Positions 40,006 to 52,209 of a stretch of 59,892 nucleotides of DNA are shown here, in pieces. The notes beneath the pieces were generated by a model that saw only the letters and a program-made list of their open reading frames with translations, was not told where the DNA came from and did no database searches. The first letter of the stretch is position 1, and each line of letters starts with the position of its first letter. This stretch comes from Gonapodya sp. JEL0774 (Eukaryota). Where the stretch lies: assembly GCA_027604505.1 (NCBI GenBank), contig JADIIX010000065.1:62001-121892 (forward strand). Reading direction: 5' to 3'. The position numbers were made by a program, and so were the translations under genes.

Positions 40006-43000
40006 ATGCTGGACTCCTCCTTCCCCCCGTCCCCCTCTTCCCTCGACGTCCGCCGACTCTCCGCCCTCCTCGCGACACCTCCCCTGTCGATTTCTGTTTC
40101 CCCCTTCGACCTCGACAAGGACTGGGACGAGTCCCAGCTGCTCCAGCTCCTGTCTGACATCGCTGCCAGGATCGACGATGTGGGAGTCGCGCAGGCACTG
40201 GGGGGGACTGGTGGGCTGGAGGCCGGGACGGGGGTGGTGGGGGGGAGAGGAAAGGCCGGCGAGCCGAAACAAGGTGGGTCATGCAGGGGCCGTGGGCCGT
40301 GGGTCGTGGGTAGTGGGTCGTGGGTGTACATATGGGAAGGCACAAGGTGCAATGTGTTGGGACTGTTGCGAACATGGTTCGTGGGACGGTCTATTGGGGT
40401 TCGAATACTGCGCCGGCGCGGGGACCGCACTGCGGGGACCGCAATGGTGGGACTGGTGCCAACACCGTGATCCAGCGCTGTTTCCATTTCCCATGGCCTC
40501 CGAGTTCGGTATGACCTGGTCCATTCCCATCTTCACCGTGCCCCCTTTCCCTGCCCCTTTCCCCATTCCCCACCCAACCACACCCAGTGCCCCCGCTCCC
40601 CCCGCCACTCTCCCACCCGCTCTCCCCTCTCGCTCCCACAGTCACCCACGAACCCCGCGACCTCGCCGCGTTCAGGATCGCCGAGTTTCTGCGCGTGTTG
40701 AGGTTCGAGGGGGCTGTGGGGGACTTGTGGGTCTCGTGGGGGGGGGGCAGTTTGGGGGTTGTTGGGGTGCTGGCGGGGTATATGAAGGTGTGAGCGAGTT
40801 TGTGGAACGGCGGGTGGCGGAGTGGGGCCGGGAACGGAGCCGAGCTGCGGCACGGTGTTGTGTTGTGACAGGTCGAGCGGAAACTCCTGGCGGAAACGGG
40901 GACCACAACTCACCACAACCACCACCACACACCCCACCTGGGGACCCCTCCACCGCCTCTACCACTCTGCCTCACACTTTCTTTCCCAATTTCCCGTCTT
41001 CCCTCTTCCCTCTTCCCTTCCCTCGCCCACACCGACCCCAGCCCCACCCTCCACGCCCACCTCACCTCTCCAACCCGCACCCACCTCCTCCAATGCATCG
41101 AGTTCTTGGCCAGGGACCCCGAAACTCACGCGACCAGGGCGTATTTGGCAAGGTTCTTGGCGGATATGGAGGTGCCAGGGGAGTTTGAGGGGGAGGAAGG
41201 TGGGTCGTTGGCGGGGTGGGGTGATTGGGGTGGTTTTAGGAGGAGGGGGGGGAGGGGGTATGGGGGCATACAGAGGGATTTGATTTATGCGGTATTGTGG
41301 TATTGTGTAGTTCTCGCCGATACGATGCTCTCACACCGCCACCTTTCGCACCCCAGCCGTCACCGCCCCCCTCTCCAACCTCCGTACCCTCCAGTCCCTC
41401 TTCCCCCCCCTCCACAAACGCCTCCTGGACGCCCGCAAGCGCGCCGCTGAGACGCAGAGGGTCAAGGACGAGGTCGGACGGATGGAGAGGGAGAGGGTTG
41501 GTATGGAGCAGAAGGTGGCCAAAGGGGGAGGGAGGGGAGGGGTGAGTGCAGGGGGGGGGGGGGGGGGGGCAAAGGGGTGGTAAAAGGGGGGGGGTAAGGG
41601 GTGGACGGTGATNNNNNNNNNNCGAAATCAAACTGTCACCCCGAGAGACGGACCAAATGCCCCCCCGCCCCGCGGGGGGGGGGGGGGCCGCCCCCCCCCC
41701 CCCCCCCCGGCCGGCGCCGGCGGCGGGGGGGGGGGGGCGGCGGGGCGCGGGGGCGGGGGGCCGCGGCGCGCCCCCGGGGGGGCGGCCCCCGCTGACAAAG
41801 GGGTGGTAAAAGGCGTGGTGAAAGGGGTGGACGGTGATGTTGTTGCCGATTGTGATTGGTGTCGGAAGCGGGCGGGGTTTCGGGGGTGACCGTGGATCGT
41901 GGGGCCAGGCCCACACCTGCCCCGATCGCCGTTGCGCCAATTCCTCCGCGAACGTACCGCACCCAGTCCTCAATCCTCACCATTCCGATCCCCATCCCCG
42001 CTCCTATTTCTCTCCCTTCTCTGCCCCCTTCCCTCGCCCTCTTCCCTCACCCACCCATACTCACACCTCAGCCCGACAGGGACCGATGGCTCGCTGCCGC
42101 CAAAGCCCTGCGGATCGAGAGGGAGAGGGAGGTGCAGGGTGTCGAGCGGTGAGTATGTGGCTCGTAGGACGGGGGGTGGGGGGAGATTTGTGGCGTAAGG
42201 TTGGTTGGTGGGACGGTCGGATGGCGGAGGGAGGCGAGGAGGGGGCCGAGGAGGGGGCGGGGGGTTACGGGGAGGGGAGATGGTGTGCGTGGCGCCGACC
42301 TGGGATTGGGGTTTCTACACAAGGGGGCTTGCACAGTCACGATATTCATATCGCTCTAACGTCTCCCCATCTCTCCCTCCCCGTCCCCCTCCCCCCCCGT
42401 CCCACCCACCACCGCGCCCATCCGCCGACCCTTTCCTCATCCCCATCCCCATTCCCCGCCCCCGCACACACCCACACCAGCGTGCAAGACCAGCGGGCCC
42501 AGCTCAGCCGGATCGAGGCGAGGGTGGGCGAGGTGATGCAGAAGTTGAGGGAGGCGAAGGTACAGGTCGGCCGCGGGAGGGGTGCAGGTGTCCGGGTGTC
42601 TGCTCACGTCCCGGAACATCTCCATTGCTCCACTCCCACACACCGCCCACCACCATTATCGCGCTCACCTGTTACGGCATGACGACCCCCGCCATACCCT
42701 CCCGCTCTACCGAATCCACACCTTCAGTCCGCGGCAGACTCGGCGACGCCTGACGCCGTGCTGGCCAGAGCGAGGGAGGACGCGAGGGTGAACAGGGTGT
42801 TGCTGGAGGATACGCTCGAGAAGGTGGGATCGGTGCGGGGGCTGGGCGCCGGGTCTTGGAGACGTGGACGCTGTTGCTAGCCGCCGGCGATGGCCACTGG
42901 TTTCCCTTTTACCGATGCACCCCCCAAACATCATCGCACCCCCTGTCCCCGCAGACCATCGCCGCGCACACGCGCCTCCTCGCCGACTTGGACCCCCTCG

Positions 43001-44639
43001 TACAGGAAAAAGACGTACCAGAGTCTCAGTTGAGGGAGTGGGAAGTAGAGTGTGCGCAGGTGCAGAGGGAGATCGCGGCCATCAACGAGCAAAGGGTCGC
43101 GGCGGAGTGAGTTTGGTGCGGTGGAGTCGCGGGTTTGAGCGGCAACCACAAGGTTTTGAGGGGTGTCGAGTAAAGTTGAAGTCGTCTACCGGAGTGGTGG
43201 GATCTCATGTCTCCTTACCCTTTCGCCTCCACCGCCTTCCCGTCCCCATTCTCCCATCCAGTCCTGCCAGAGACGCCACTCTCGCCACGCTCCGCCAACA
43301 GCACCACCTGGTCCTCCTCAAACGCACCTCGGCCGCCGACCGTCTCCAGTCCCTTCTCGATACGCTCTCTCACCTCCGTTCCGACGTGGAGCGGTTGGAG
43401 GCCCAGGCGGGCGGCGTGGAGAAGGTGCCGCGCGGGGAGGAGTTCAAGAAGTACGTGGCAGATCTGAGGGAGAAGAGCGCGGTGTACAAGAAGAGGAAGG
43501 CGGAGGTGGCAGAGGCGACTGCGGAAGGGGGCGTGTTGCAGAGGACGGTGGAGGTGAGTTGGTGGGACGGTGGGACGACACACCGTGTGTTATCTGCGCG
43601 TGTATCGGGTGTAATTGCTCATGACTGTTTGGTGTGTGGGAATCGCCCGAGGATAGATCCTGCAGGCTCAAGAAAAAGCGCAGATGGAACGAATAGCAGC
43701 TTTCGAGAAGACGAAAGGAGTTGAAGGCTATTCGATAGCACAGGAGACGCTAGAAAAGGTGAGGTTTGAGCCTCTGGCGTGTGTTGATCTAGGGACGGAT
43801 CGCTTCGCCTGTTGAGCCCACTCGCTTTGCCAGATATCGGAGCAAAAGTCCGACCTTGACCAGTCCAAAACAGTCGCTCTTCAAGACATCGCTGCCATGG
43901 TGGACCAACTCGTGGCGACTATATCGGAGCGCAAGCAGAAGCTTCAGCCCGTCATTGCGGAGCTCAGAACGGCCAGGCAGAAGCTCGCGGAAGCCGAAGC
44001 GGAGTATGCAGAGAGGAAGAGGATGAACGATGCGGTGGAGTTGGGGCTGGATAGGTGGGTGTAGGGAGATAGCACAATCGAGCGAGGATGAGTATCGTGG
44101 ATACCCTCATCATGCACCCTCCCACACCGCTTAGTGAGGCACAAACCCTCTCGCAAGAAGTTCGTGCACACCGTGCCGAAATCGAAAAATGCAGCGTCCG
44201 TATTGCTGAGTTACGGACCCTCCTCGCCGAAGACGATTCTGCGGCTGAGAGGGCGGCAGAAGAGATGAGGGCCATCGTGGGTGGGGACGACACTGCAGAG
44301 GGGAGAGCGCGGAGGGGAGGTTTCAAGACTTACAGGGATTTGTATGCGAAGAAAATTGCGGAGGCAGAAAGCGTAGCTCGGCAGTTGAAGGAGAGTCAAC
44401 GGGAGGTGAAGGTGTGTGCACTGTTGTCATCACTACTTTGAAGCCGTTCTGAATGTGTGTGGAATCTCTGTTTTCAGGAGCGCCACGATACGAATCTTAC
44501 GCAGCGAGCTCTCTTCGCAGACCTCAAGAAGCTGCTCGAGGTGAAAAGGGAGGTGCATGGCAAGGCTTTGAGTGGTAACAGAGCCGCGGTTGCTGTGCGA
44601 ACCGCGAACGAGAGGGAGCAAAACAGGCTCGTACTGTAG
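40006..44639 (+). CDS. IFT81: Intraflagellar transport protein 81
   Basis: CH domain QLLQLLSDIAARID...RIAEFLRVLRF...RAYLARFL; GEEFKKYVADLREKSAVYKKRKAE; GVEGYSIAQETLEKISEQKSDLD; LFADLKKLLEVK; ends QNRLVL*. Includes an N gap at 41613-41622. Confidence 0.93.
41613..41622. other. Assembly gap (N run) with low-quality poly-G/poly-C flanks
   Basis: 10 Ns; homopolymer-rich sequence at 41551-41795; near-identical motif on both sides of the gap. Confidence 0.95.
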
Positions 44640-44815
44640 GCGCGACAAATTTGTTTACACCACATTTAATTTTCGCATTGTACGCATTTAATGATGGGTT
44701 GCAAATGGACTTCTCCTTTTCGTCGTTTGTGAGATGAATAGTCACTTCCGCCGAAGATGAATGAATAATTGAAGATAGGGCACCATCATCAAAAAATCTC
44801 CTTCTATAACAGGGA

Positions 44816-47098
44816 ATGGGAATTGCTGGTCGACGAAAGCCTCGACGGTCTCTCGCTGTCATCCTGGTGGCATCTTTTGCAATCTGTCTCCTTGTGACGC
44901 GACGACAGCGCGCTGATCGAGTGGAAATTCCGGAACCAGCGGAATACGTGAGACATGGCAAGTCGTCGATAAGTTGTTTAGTTTTAGCACGTTGGATTGG
45001 ACTGACGGATCATAATCTGCTGCTCAAACAGTTCGATCTGCGCAAATTACCAGAGAAACGAACCGAAAAAGTCTTGTCTGCATCGTGGGTAATGCCGAAT
45101 CAACACGTGATGCACTCCGTGTGCATAGAATGTGGGACTCGGTGTTCCCTTCCTCGTGGTACGTGTGGGGTCACAAGACGGAGTTGGATGACCGAGGAGA
45201 ACCCTTTCCCCGAGGGTTCGAGGTGGTATTCAAGAGTCCAGGACAAAGCCTATCATGGGCTCGGGGAATCGAGATGTTGGTAGAACGAGTCAGGAGCAAG
45301 ACGACTTGCGAGTACATATTCACACATGACGATGGTGAGAATACTCTTCGAGTTCTTCTCGTGACGGGCAATTTTAAGACTCCTACTGCGCTAGATCTCA
45401 TATTCTATGCACGAAATCGCTCTTCTGTGGAGCCCCTCCATCAAACCCTGACGCGTGTACTGGAAACTTACCATCCCGCGGTCGCTGCCTTCCCGTGGCA
45501 GCACGGTGACCGCAAGCTCCCGGCTATGATAGAAATGGCCCAAATGTTTGCCAAAGAGCAAGATGTAGCTCCACTCACAGGATTTGACTCAGGGATGGTC
45601 CTCTACCATGAATCGGTGGTGGAGTTGTTCATTCCTTACGCTCCCAGGGGAGAGGGAGGATTCGTGGGCGAATGGTGTGTGATATAGCTCAGTTAGGAAG
45701 GATCTCGAGAGTTGGCGAGCCCTCAATTTCCTTCCAATTTTCCACTTTAGGAGTCTCCCGGCTCATGTCCTAAACCTCTTCGGACCGCTTGTGTTTCGGG
45801 AACATGCAATCCGAATCAATGCTCTTCTGTACGACAATCTCATCAACATCGATACCGTCTCCGATGAAATGAAACTCAAATCTCTCCGACAAGCCAAGTC
45901 TGTACAAGGATCTGCTCTGATTGTTCGGTCCGAGTCGCGTCATCCGTACGAGTACAAAATGAATGGACCGTTCCAAAAGTTTTTGCGGGAGGGCTTAAAG
46001 CCTCATTCTAGGAATTGGGGGAGGACCTTGCGGCCAGCGGAAGTGACTTGGCGGCCGAAGGCTGGGAACCCTCCGTGGAGTCCGTTGTGGGTTCTGGAAA
46101 GGATTCACGAGTTCTATGATGTCGACCACCCTCTCGTGCGAGGTAATCAGTATATTCGGAAACACTTCACGGGGAAAGAGCTCGATTTGTTCGTTAGAGG
46201 GACGAATGCTCCTCAAGAACAAGCGCCAATGAAAGCGGATATTCGAGACAAATGCACTTTAGTACTGACTGTCTACGATCGTCTTGCGACCTTCCCGATG
46301 AGGCTAGCCTATTACCACACTTTCTCGGAATTATCCAGTATTGTTGTCATTTGGAACAACCCAGCTGTCGATCCACCATCTCTTAATCCTTCAATGTACA
46401 ACGTTCCAATCGTCATTCTCCGGCAGAAACGCAACTCTCTCAACAACCGATTCCTGCCTCATTCTGAAATCTCGTCTGATTGCATTTTGAATATGGATGA
46501 CGACTGGGATATGCCACATGAGCAGATGCAACTTGCGGTTCATGTCTGGCGCGAAGCATTTCGAGATACCCTTGTTGGGTTCCGGCATCAAGCCCGCACA
46601 CACATAGCTGTCAATGGAACATGGCGATACAATCGAGAAAATAAGCACGGCGCGTCGTTAGTGTTGCCATCAGGCCTTGTGTATCACAGGCGGTTCCAAG
46701 AATCGTACTCGAGGTCACCGCCTGAGGCTTTGGAGATGGTGGACGTGCTGACCAATTGTGATGATATTTTATTAAACTTTGTCGTCGCCAATGAAACGTC
46801 TCTGTGCCCTGTCATAATTGACGTGGGCAAACCTGGGGACTCAAAGAGCAAGCCAATTGCTGCACTGGGAGGAGCGGGCTTGTGGAAGAAGACAAACGGC
46901 AATCACATCACTGAGAGGCATCAGTGTATTCAAACTTTTGCAGCATTGTACGGATATATGCCACTGCGTTATTCGATCAAATATTTCGATGCCCGAGAGT
47001 TGCACGAAAGAGCACGACAACGCATCACCCTTGTGGGCAGAGACGAGCAACAGTGTGTGGACACCATTGACAATCTTTTATACACGTATGCACCTTAG
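44816..47098 (+). CDS. Type II membrane glycosyltransferase with C-terminal GT64 (EXT/EXTL C-terminal) domain and an N-terminal GT-A-like domain
   Basis: N-terminal TM (SLAVILVASFAICLLV); GT64 motifs IVVIWNN, NSLNNRFLP, ILNMDDD, LVGF, NCDDILLNFVVAN, HITERHQCIQTF; upstream domain carries EYIFTHDDDL. Confidence 0.85.
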
Positions 47099-47138
47099 AA
47101 TTGTGCATTCCAATTTGATGCGTATTCCCTCGTAACGA

Positions 47139-48428
47139 TTAGAAAGTAGTCCAACCTGCTGGCGTCGAGCTTTGTGAGGCCTGAGCAGAAGATCCCGGAG
47201 CTGAAAAGTTCGACCCCGCTGAGGTATTAATCAACGTGCTTTGTGCGGTGGTCGTGGGTGGAGCAGTTCGCCTCACAGTGGGTGGTGGAGGTAAGAATGG
47301 TAGTGCGGCGGCACTGGTTGCTTGAAATCCGTAAAATTATCAAGCTAGTTGTCAGATTTTGAGGAGGATAGTCACATGAATACACATACGTTGTTCAGAT
47401 TTTTCCAATGATCCCATGGATGTCGCTTTCTTGCCGCCAATCTGAAAAGTTTGGGAGAATGGATACTGACAAGACTGTTCGAAGCGGAATATCACAAAAC
47501 CCACGTTGATGTTAATCGTTTGACCCTCTTTCAGGCTAAAGTCGATCTTTGGACCCAAGTCCAGAGCTTTCACCCCTTCTGCCTCCTGCCGCTTCCGTCT
47601 GAATCGACCACTCAAATACTAGCGCAAGCTGCAAACTTTTGCATTTCAACAATACCTTTCGAAATCTTGCAAGGTGACCTTGATACAATCGGCCATCATA
47701 AACGTCTGCGATAATGAATGCATCACCCTCATATACTTACGTTAAAGTTGAAAGAGTCTGAGTGTTCCCGAAAACCTAGACCTATAAAAGCGTGCTGCTT
47801 GGTAGCTGTGGGTCGATTTTCAGACTTGCCGATCTCCAAAGTTCGCACTCTTATCATACCTTGGTCGACAACCTTCACAACAAAATAGCGACTGGAGTCG
47901 GTCACTGCCTCTATAGAATTCGATCCAGGAACATAAGGGCATTGAGCAAACAGTTGACCTGGTTGGGAGGCAAGCGGGGCGGGGGGGGGGAAACTCTAGT
48001 CTAGTTGGTTTCGCTGGTTGCGGAATCTGACGAACCAGTAGTTCCATCCTGTTGAGAAAGGGCAGCATCAATAATGTACGGAGCACAGAAACACAAAACG
48101 TTGCATGAACCTCCAAGTTAATGTAGCAATTGTCTCCCAGAGTGAAGATTCGAACGCGGCCTTGCCATAGATGTTGCGGGTCCCAGTCTGCTGCCCTGCG
48201 ACAACAAATATCCTGCTATATCAATTATTCTATGCCATGCTGATAGCTGATCGCTTACTTGTAGCCCTTTGCAGTTGTCCGGGGAGGTAGCTTGTAAACC
48301 TGCGCCTGTCGAATCACCATCAAGACAGATTCATAGCTTGCAAGAGGAAAGCGCGGGGCTGACCAATCAATATGTTTTGATGCGAAGCGGTGGTACACGT
48401 GTCATGCAACTGACCTCTCAGAAGTCAT
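47139..48428 (-). CDS. NECAP: Adaptin ear-binding coat-associated protein (NECAP, PHear domain)
   Basis: [76 protein letters not shown]-terminal GWTTF* (WxxF). Confidence 0.9.
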
Positions 48429-48667
48429 GAGAATGGATTGCTTCGTTTGCAGTTCAGTTGAACGGGATTGGGGTGGACCGTTCTGTGCTTGCCCCGCCGT
48501 GCACGGCAACCTCACCAGACCTTTTCCATTCTCTACTTCCTGAAACCACCACTGGTTTACTTGTCCAGTTAGAGGGGATATGTGCAGTTCGGAGCATTCA
48601 AATGTGTATCATATCATACAATATAGAATATTATATAAGATCATAAAAACTCAAATCTTCAATCCTG

Positions 48668-51600
48668 TCATCTGACAGCTATTGACTTTCTGACAGCCTT
48701 GCTTCTGGTCACGCGGGTGGGTTCTGGGGATCGAACTGCGGTAGGGGGAGCGATGGAAGGTCGCCCGATTCTCTTTTTTGTAGTGGTTGTGTGTGACTTT
48801 GGAGCCTTCTCAGCTACAGGTGGTGTAGGGACAATATCCACTTCCATTCCAGTCGGAGGAGTTTGCTGAGTAGACTCAATAGCCAGCGCTCTTCGGGACA
48901 CACTAACAGGAATCATACTTCGTCTCTTTGTTTTTGATTGACCAGGGGGGGAGCCAGAGCCAGAGCCAGAACCCAGTTGAGGCACAATGCTCGGCACTTC
49001 GGAGCGTGGTTCTGGAGGCCGGGGGCTGAGGGTGAGGCCAATTGCACCCGCTGATGCGGCAGCCACCCGGTCGGCTCTCCGACGCGGACTATCCAACCGC
49101 ATCACCAGCTCAGATCGAAGACGTTCGTTACGTGGCTTAGGTCTGGGGGTGGCCGCCGACTGTTCACCATCCAACTCATCCGCCGGGAAAGTGATGTAAT
49201 CGTGAGGATGATCAGACCCTTTGTGTTTAGGTGTCGACTCTACGTCCATTGCATCCACGGTACCAAGGATCCGAACAGGTGAATCGTCACCGTTCTCGAG
49301 CTTCCGGCGCTTCTTCGCTGTCCCTGGAGAGCCGGCGTTCGCCAAGGCTGCGGGAATCCTAGATCGGCTGTGAAGATGAGGGGAGTGATTCGCTGACGCA
49401 TGTACTGGCGGGAGACGGGCGGCCGAGAGGAACTTCCCAAAGTCTAATTTGTGAAGCGCAATTTCGGTGGCTTTGGAGAAATCGTCCTCATCAATACGGT
49501 CGACGGTTCTCTCGCCTCGTCGTGACGTTTCTAACGACTCCTCCTCCAGTTCGGAGTCTGTTGGCTCTGCATCCCGATCCTCGCCACCAAAAACAGACCC
49601 CACATCGTCACCCGAGCCAGCGGATGTTGCAGGATGCCCTCCATAGCGCGCAAGCTCTCCCAAAACGCGAGTCGCCTCGTCAACTGCCTCATCCAACCTC
49701 AAACCATCCCCTCCTGTCTTCGCCCGCGATACCATGCCTACAATCCGAACCAGAGAAGTGACTAGGTCCCGTGAAGACGCTCCGTCGGCGATCTCCCCTG
49801 TGAACACTTCCAGTGATTCGTAACGGCCCTTGTGATCGTCCCGTTCAAATTCTGTTCGCATGAGGTCCACCTCAAGCATACGTGGACCTTCGGTTGGGAG
49901 GTGTCTGTTGAGGCGATCCAGACTTCCCTCCACCCGTATTGCAGCGCGTGAACGCGCATCCCGAGCGTCGACAGTCTCCTTGAGGCGATCCTCGATGGAT
50001 CCCACTACCAAGACCGCAATATCTCGAACGGGAGCGAGCTCGGGTACATCTCCTTCGTCCCCCCACACCACCTCCAGTAGAGATTGTACTGCCGCAAGGC
50101 GGTGCTCGAGACACAACTTTCGTAAGTCGTGACGGTGAACCGCGGCCCGATGCGCTCGAAGCTCAGTGTACAGATTTCGGGCGCGGTCGATGGCCTTGGC
50201 AGCACGGGCCTCCGCCGCCTTCTGTTTACGCACTTTCACCAAGTCCGCCTCTTGATCAGTTCCAACCGTGGGTTTGCTGGCGTTGGCAGCGTTTGTAGCG
50301 TTGGCAGCTCTCAGTTGGGATTGAAGATCGGATACTTGGGCCCGGAGTTCCTGGTGATAAACATTCTATTTTGAACAGTTCAGTGCAACACACAATGGCG
50401 TCACAACTCACTTCGATTATCTTTCCGAACTGGCCCACGTGGGCATGCACGTCGATTACATTCTTCTGAACCTTTGTCCGGATATTCTTCGCTCTGTTGG
50501 CGTACTGCAGTGTGTTGTGGGTTTCTTCATAATGAAAACTTGCGGGGCTAACCGCCGCAATCATTACAACGCGGCAATTACCACCAAGAGAGTACTTCAA
50601 AAGACGTGTGAGCTTGGAGTCTCGGTAAGGGACGTGGGACGACGTGGCAGGGTTGCAAAGAGCGTTAATACAGTTCCCTAGAGCGAGCAGGGATCTTACG
50701 AAGTGACAGTTTCGTGAATTATGTTGCAGTGGGGAACCGTAAACGCCCAGGTCTACGGTTAGACAACAATCTACCTGTTTATTTTCGCACCCTCGTGCAA
50801 CCTCTCTCCTTGATTCTTGGTCACACTGGCACGCTCACTGCCTGCGAGATCGATAATCGACAAGACCGCCGGATTCCAGGCGGAATGCACTCCTGCCGTT
50901 CTCTCTTTAGTTTTAACGTGAATTTGTAGAACGGCATGGCTACGCGAGCTGGCCTCGTTGGCTTCAGTGAAAGCTTTTGTGCGATTGTTGTTCCCAGCGA
51001 GAAGGATTTGCATAATATGCTCCACATCTCGGGGGTTATGGTGGGAGAGACCAGTTACTTGCACGCTATTGTCATCTTCGCGGAGTTCCAGTCCAAGTGG
51101 AGTCCCTGAATCCGGACATAGGAGGTCGCGAATCGTCTCATTGCTTGGTTCGGAAACATTAGTTGGGAGGCTTTTGAACGTTGACAGAGGCACTTCACTC
51201 ACTACACTTCCAAGTACGAGACAGATACCTCAGTGATACGCTCGTGCCGGGAGTCCCTGATACACTGGAAGAGGTCTCGCATTGTCCGAAAAATGACGCC
51301 TATGATTGCGAGACCCTCGACAATGTCAGAACATCGAAGTTCCTGAGGGAATATATGCTGTCTTACCAGGGTCATGTTGCGTCCCCGTGATGGTATGCGT
51401 TTTTCCGCAACCGGTTGCACCATACGCAAACACAGTGGCATTGTACCTGATGATAGCAAACTGTTCGTATGCTAGCTGTCATAAACGTCACAAGGCTCAA
51501 ACGCACCCATTGAGAACTCCATCAATCAAGTGCTTCGTTGAATTCTCATAAACCTCCTGCTGGCTTGCGTTTTCGTCCTGATTGTGGAACAATCGTCACC

Positions 51601-52053
51601 CGTTGAAAAGTAGAGTGGGAACCTGTCGGTAGCAGCTCTTCGGATGGTTGTGCTAGACTCAATACTCACAAAAACTCTATCAAAGGTATAGAAGATGTTC
51701 TTGTACCGCTTGGCGCCAGGGACGTGGAACGCCGTCTGGGCGGCGGATTTGTCCGGGGGGTCGAAAACAAGGACTTGCTCATCAACCACGGACACGATGC
51801 GACGGATCGACGGCTGAGATCCATTCCCAGAATAGCTTTGCACACTGGCAATCGAGGAGCGAGAGTTGCCCGGTTGGAAGATTGTCGGAAAAGAAGTGGG
51901 GAGAGGTTCTAGCGGAAGCCTCGAAATTTCCTTAGCGGACAGCGGCCGAACGCGTACAGTCACAGTGATGTTTGCCTGCGTCGGCAAGGAATCACGAGAG
52001 TTGGACAGCATTGGCGGTTGACAGGCCAGATTCCCCTGGAGGGCATGTGCCAT
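48668..52053 (-). CDS. KIP3: Kinesin-8 (Kip3/KIF18/KIF19 family)
   Basis: [116 protein letters not shown]. Start uncertain. Confidence 0.92.
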
Positions 52054-52209
52054 GCCACTTGGCTTGCACTGGCCGGATGACCACGCTCAAAGCGGCAGTG
52101 ACCTCACCAACCTGTCAACCTGCCTACCACCACAATTCTAGTAACTGTAGTTTGTGCTTGCAACGACACAAATTAGGAGATCGGGTGTTACTATCTATTT
52201 GATTTCGTA

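Noticed and set aside
41551..41840. Direct repeat (aaaggggtggtaaaagg...gggtggacggtgat) flanking poly-G/poly-C runs
   Set aside because: It straddles the N gap and most likely represents the same sequence read twice at low quality, so it is treated as an assembly artefact.
39873..43724. Many long Pro/Gly-rich overlapping ORFs on both strands (also 57666-59830)
   Set aside because: Stop-poor GC-rich introns and shadow frames of IFT81 and ECD; no independent coding signal.
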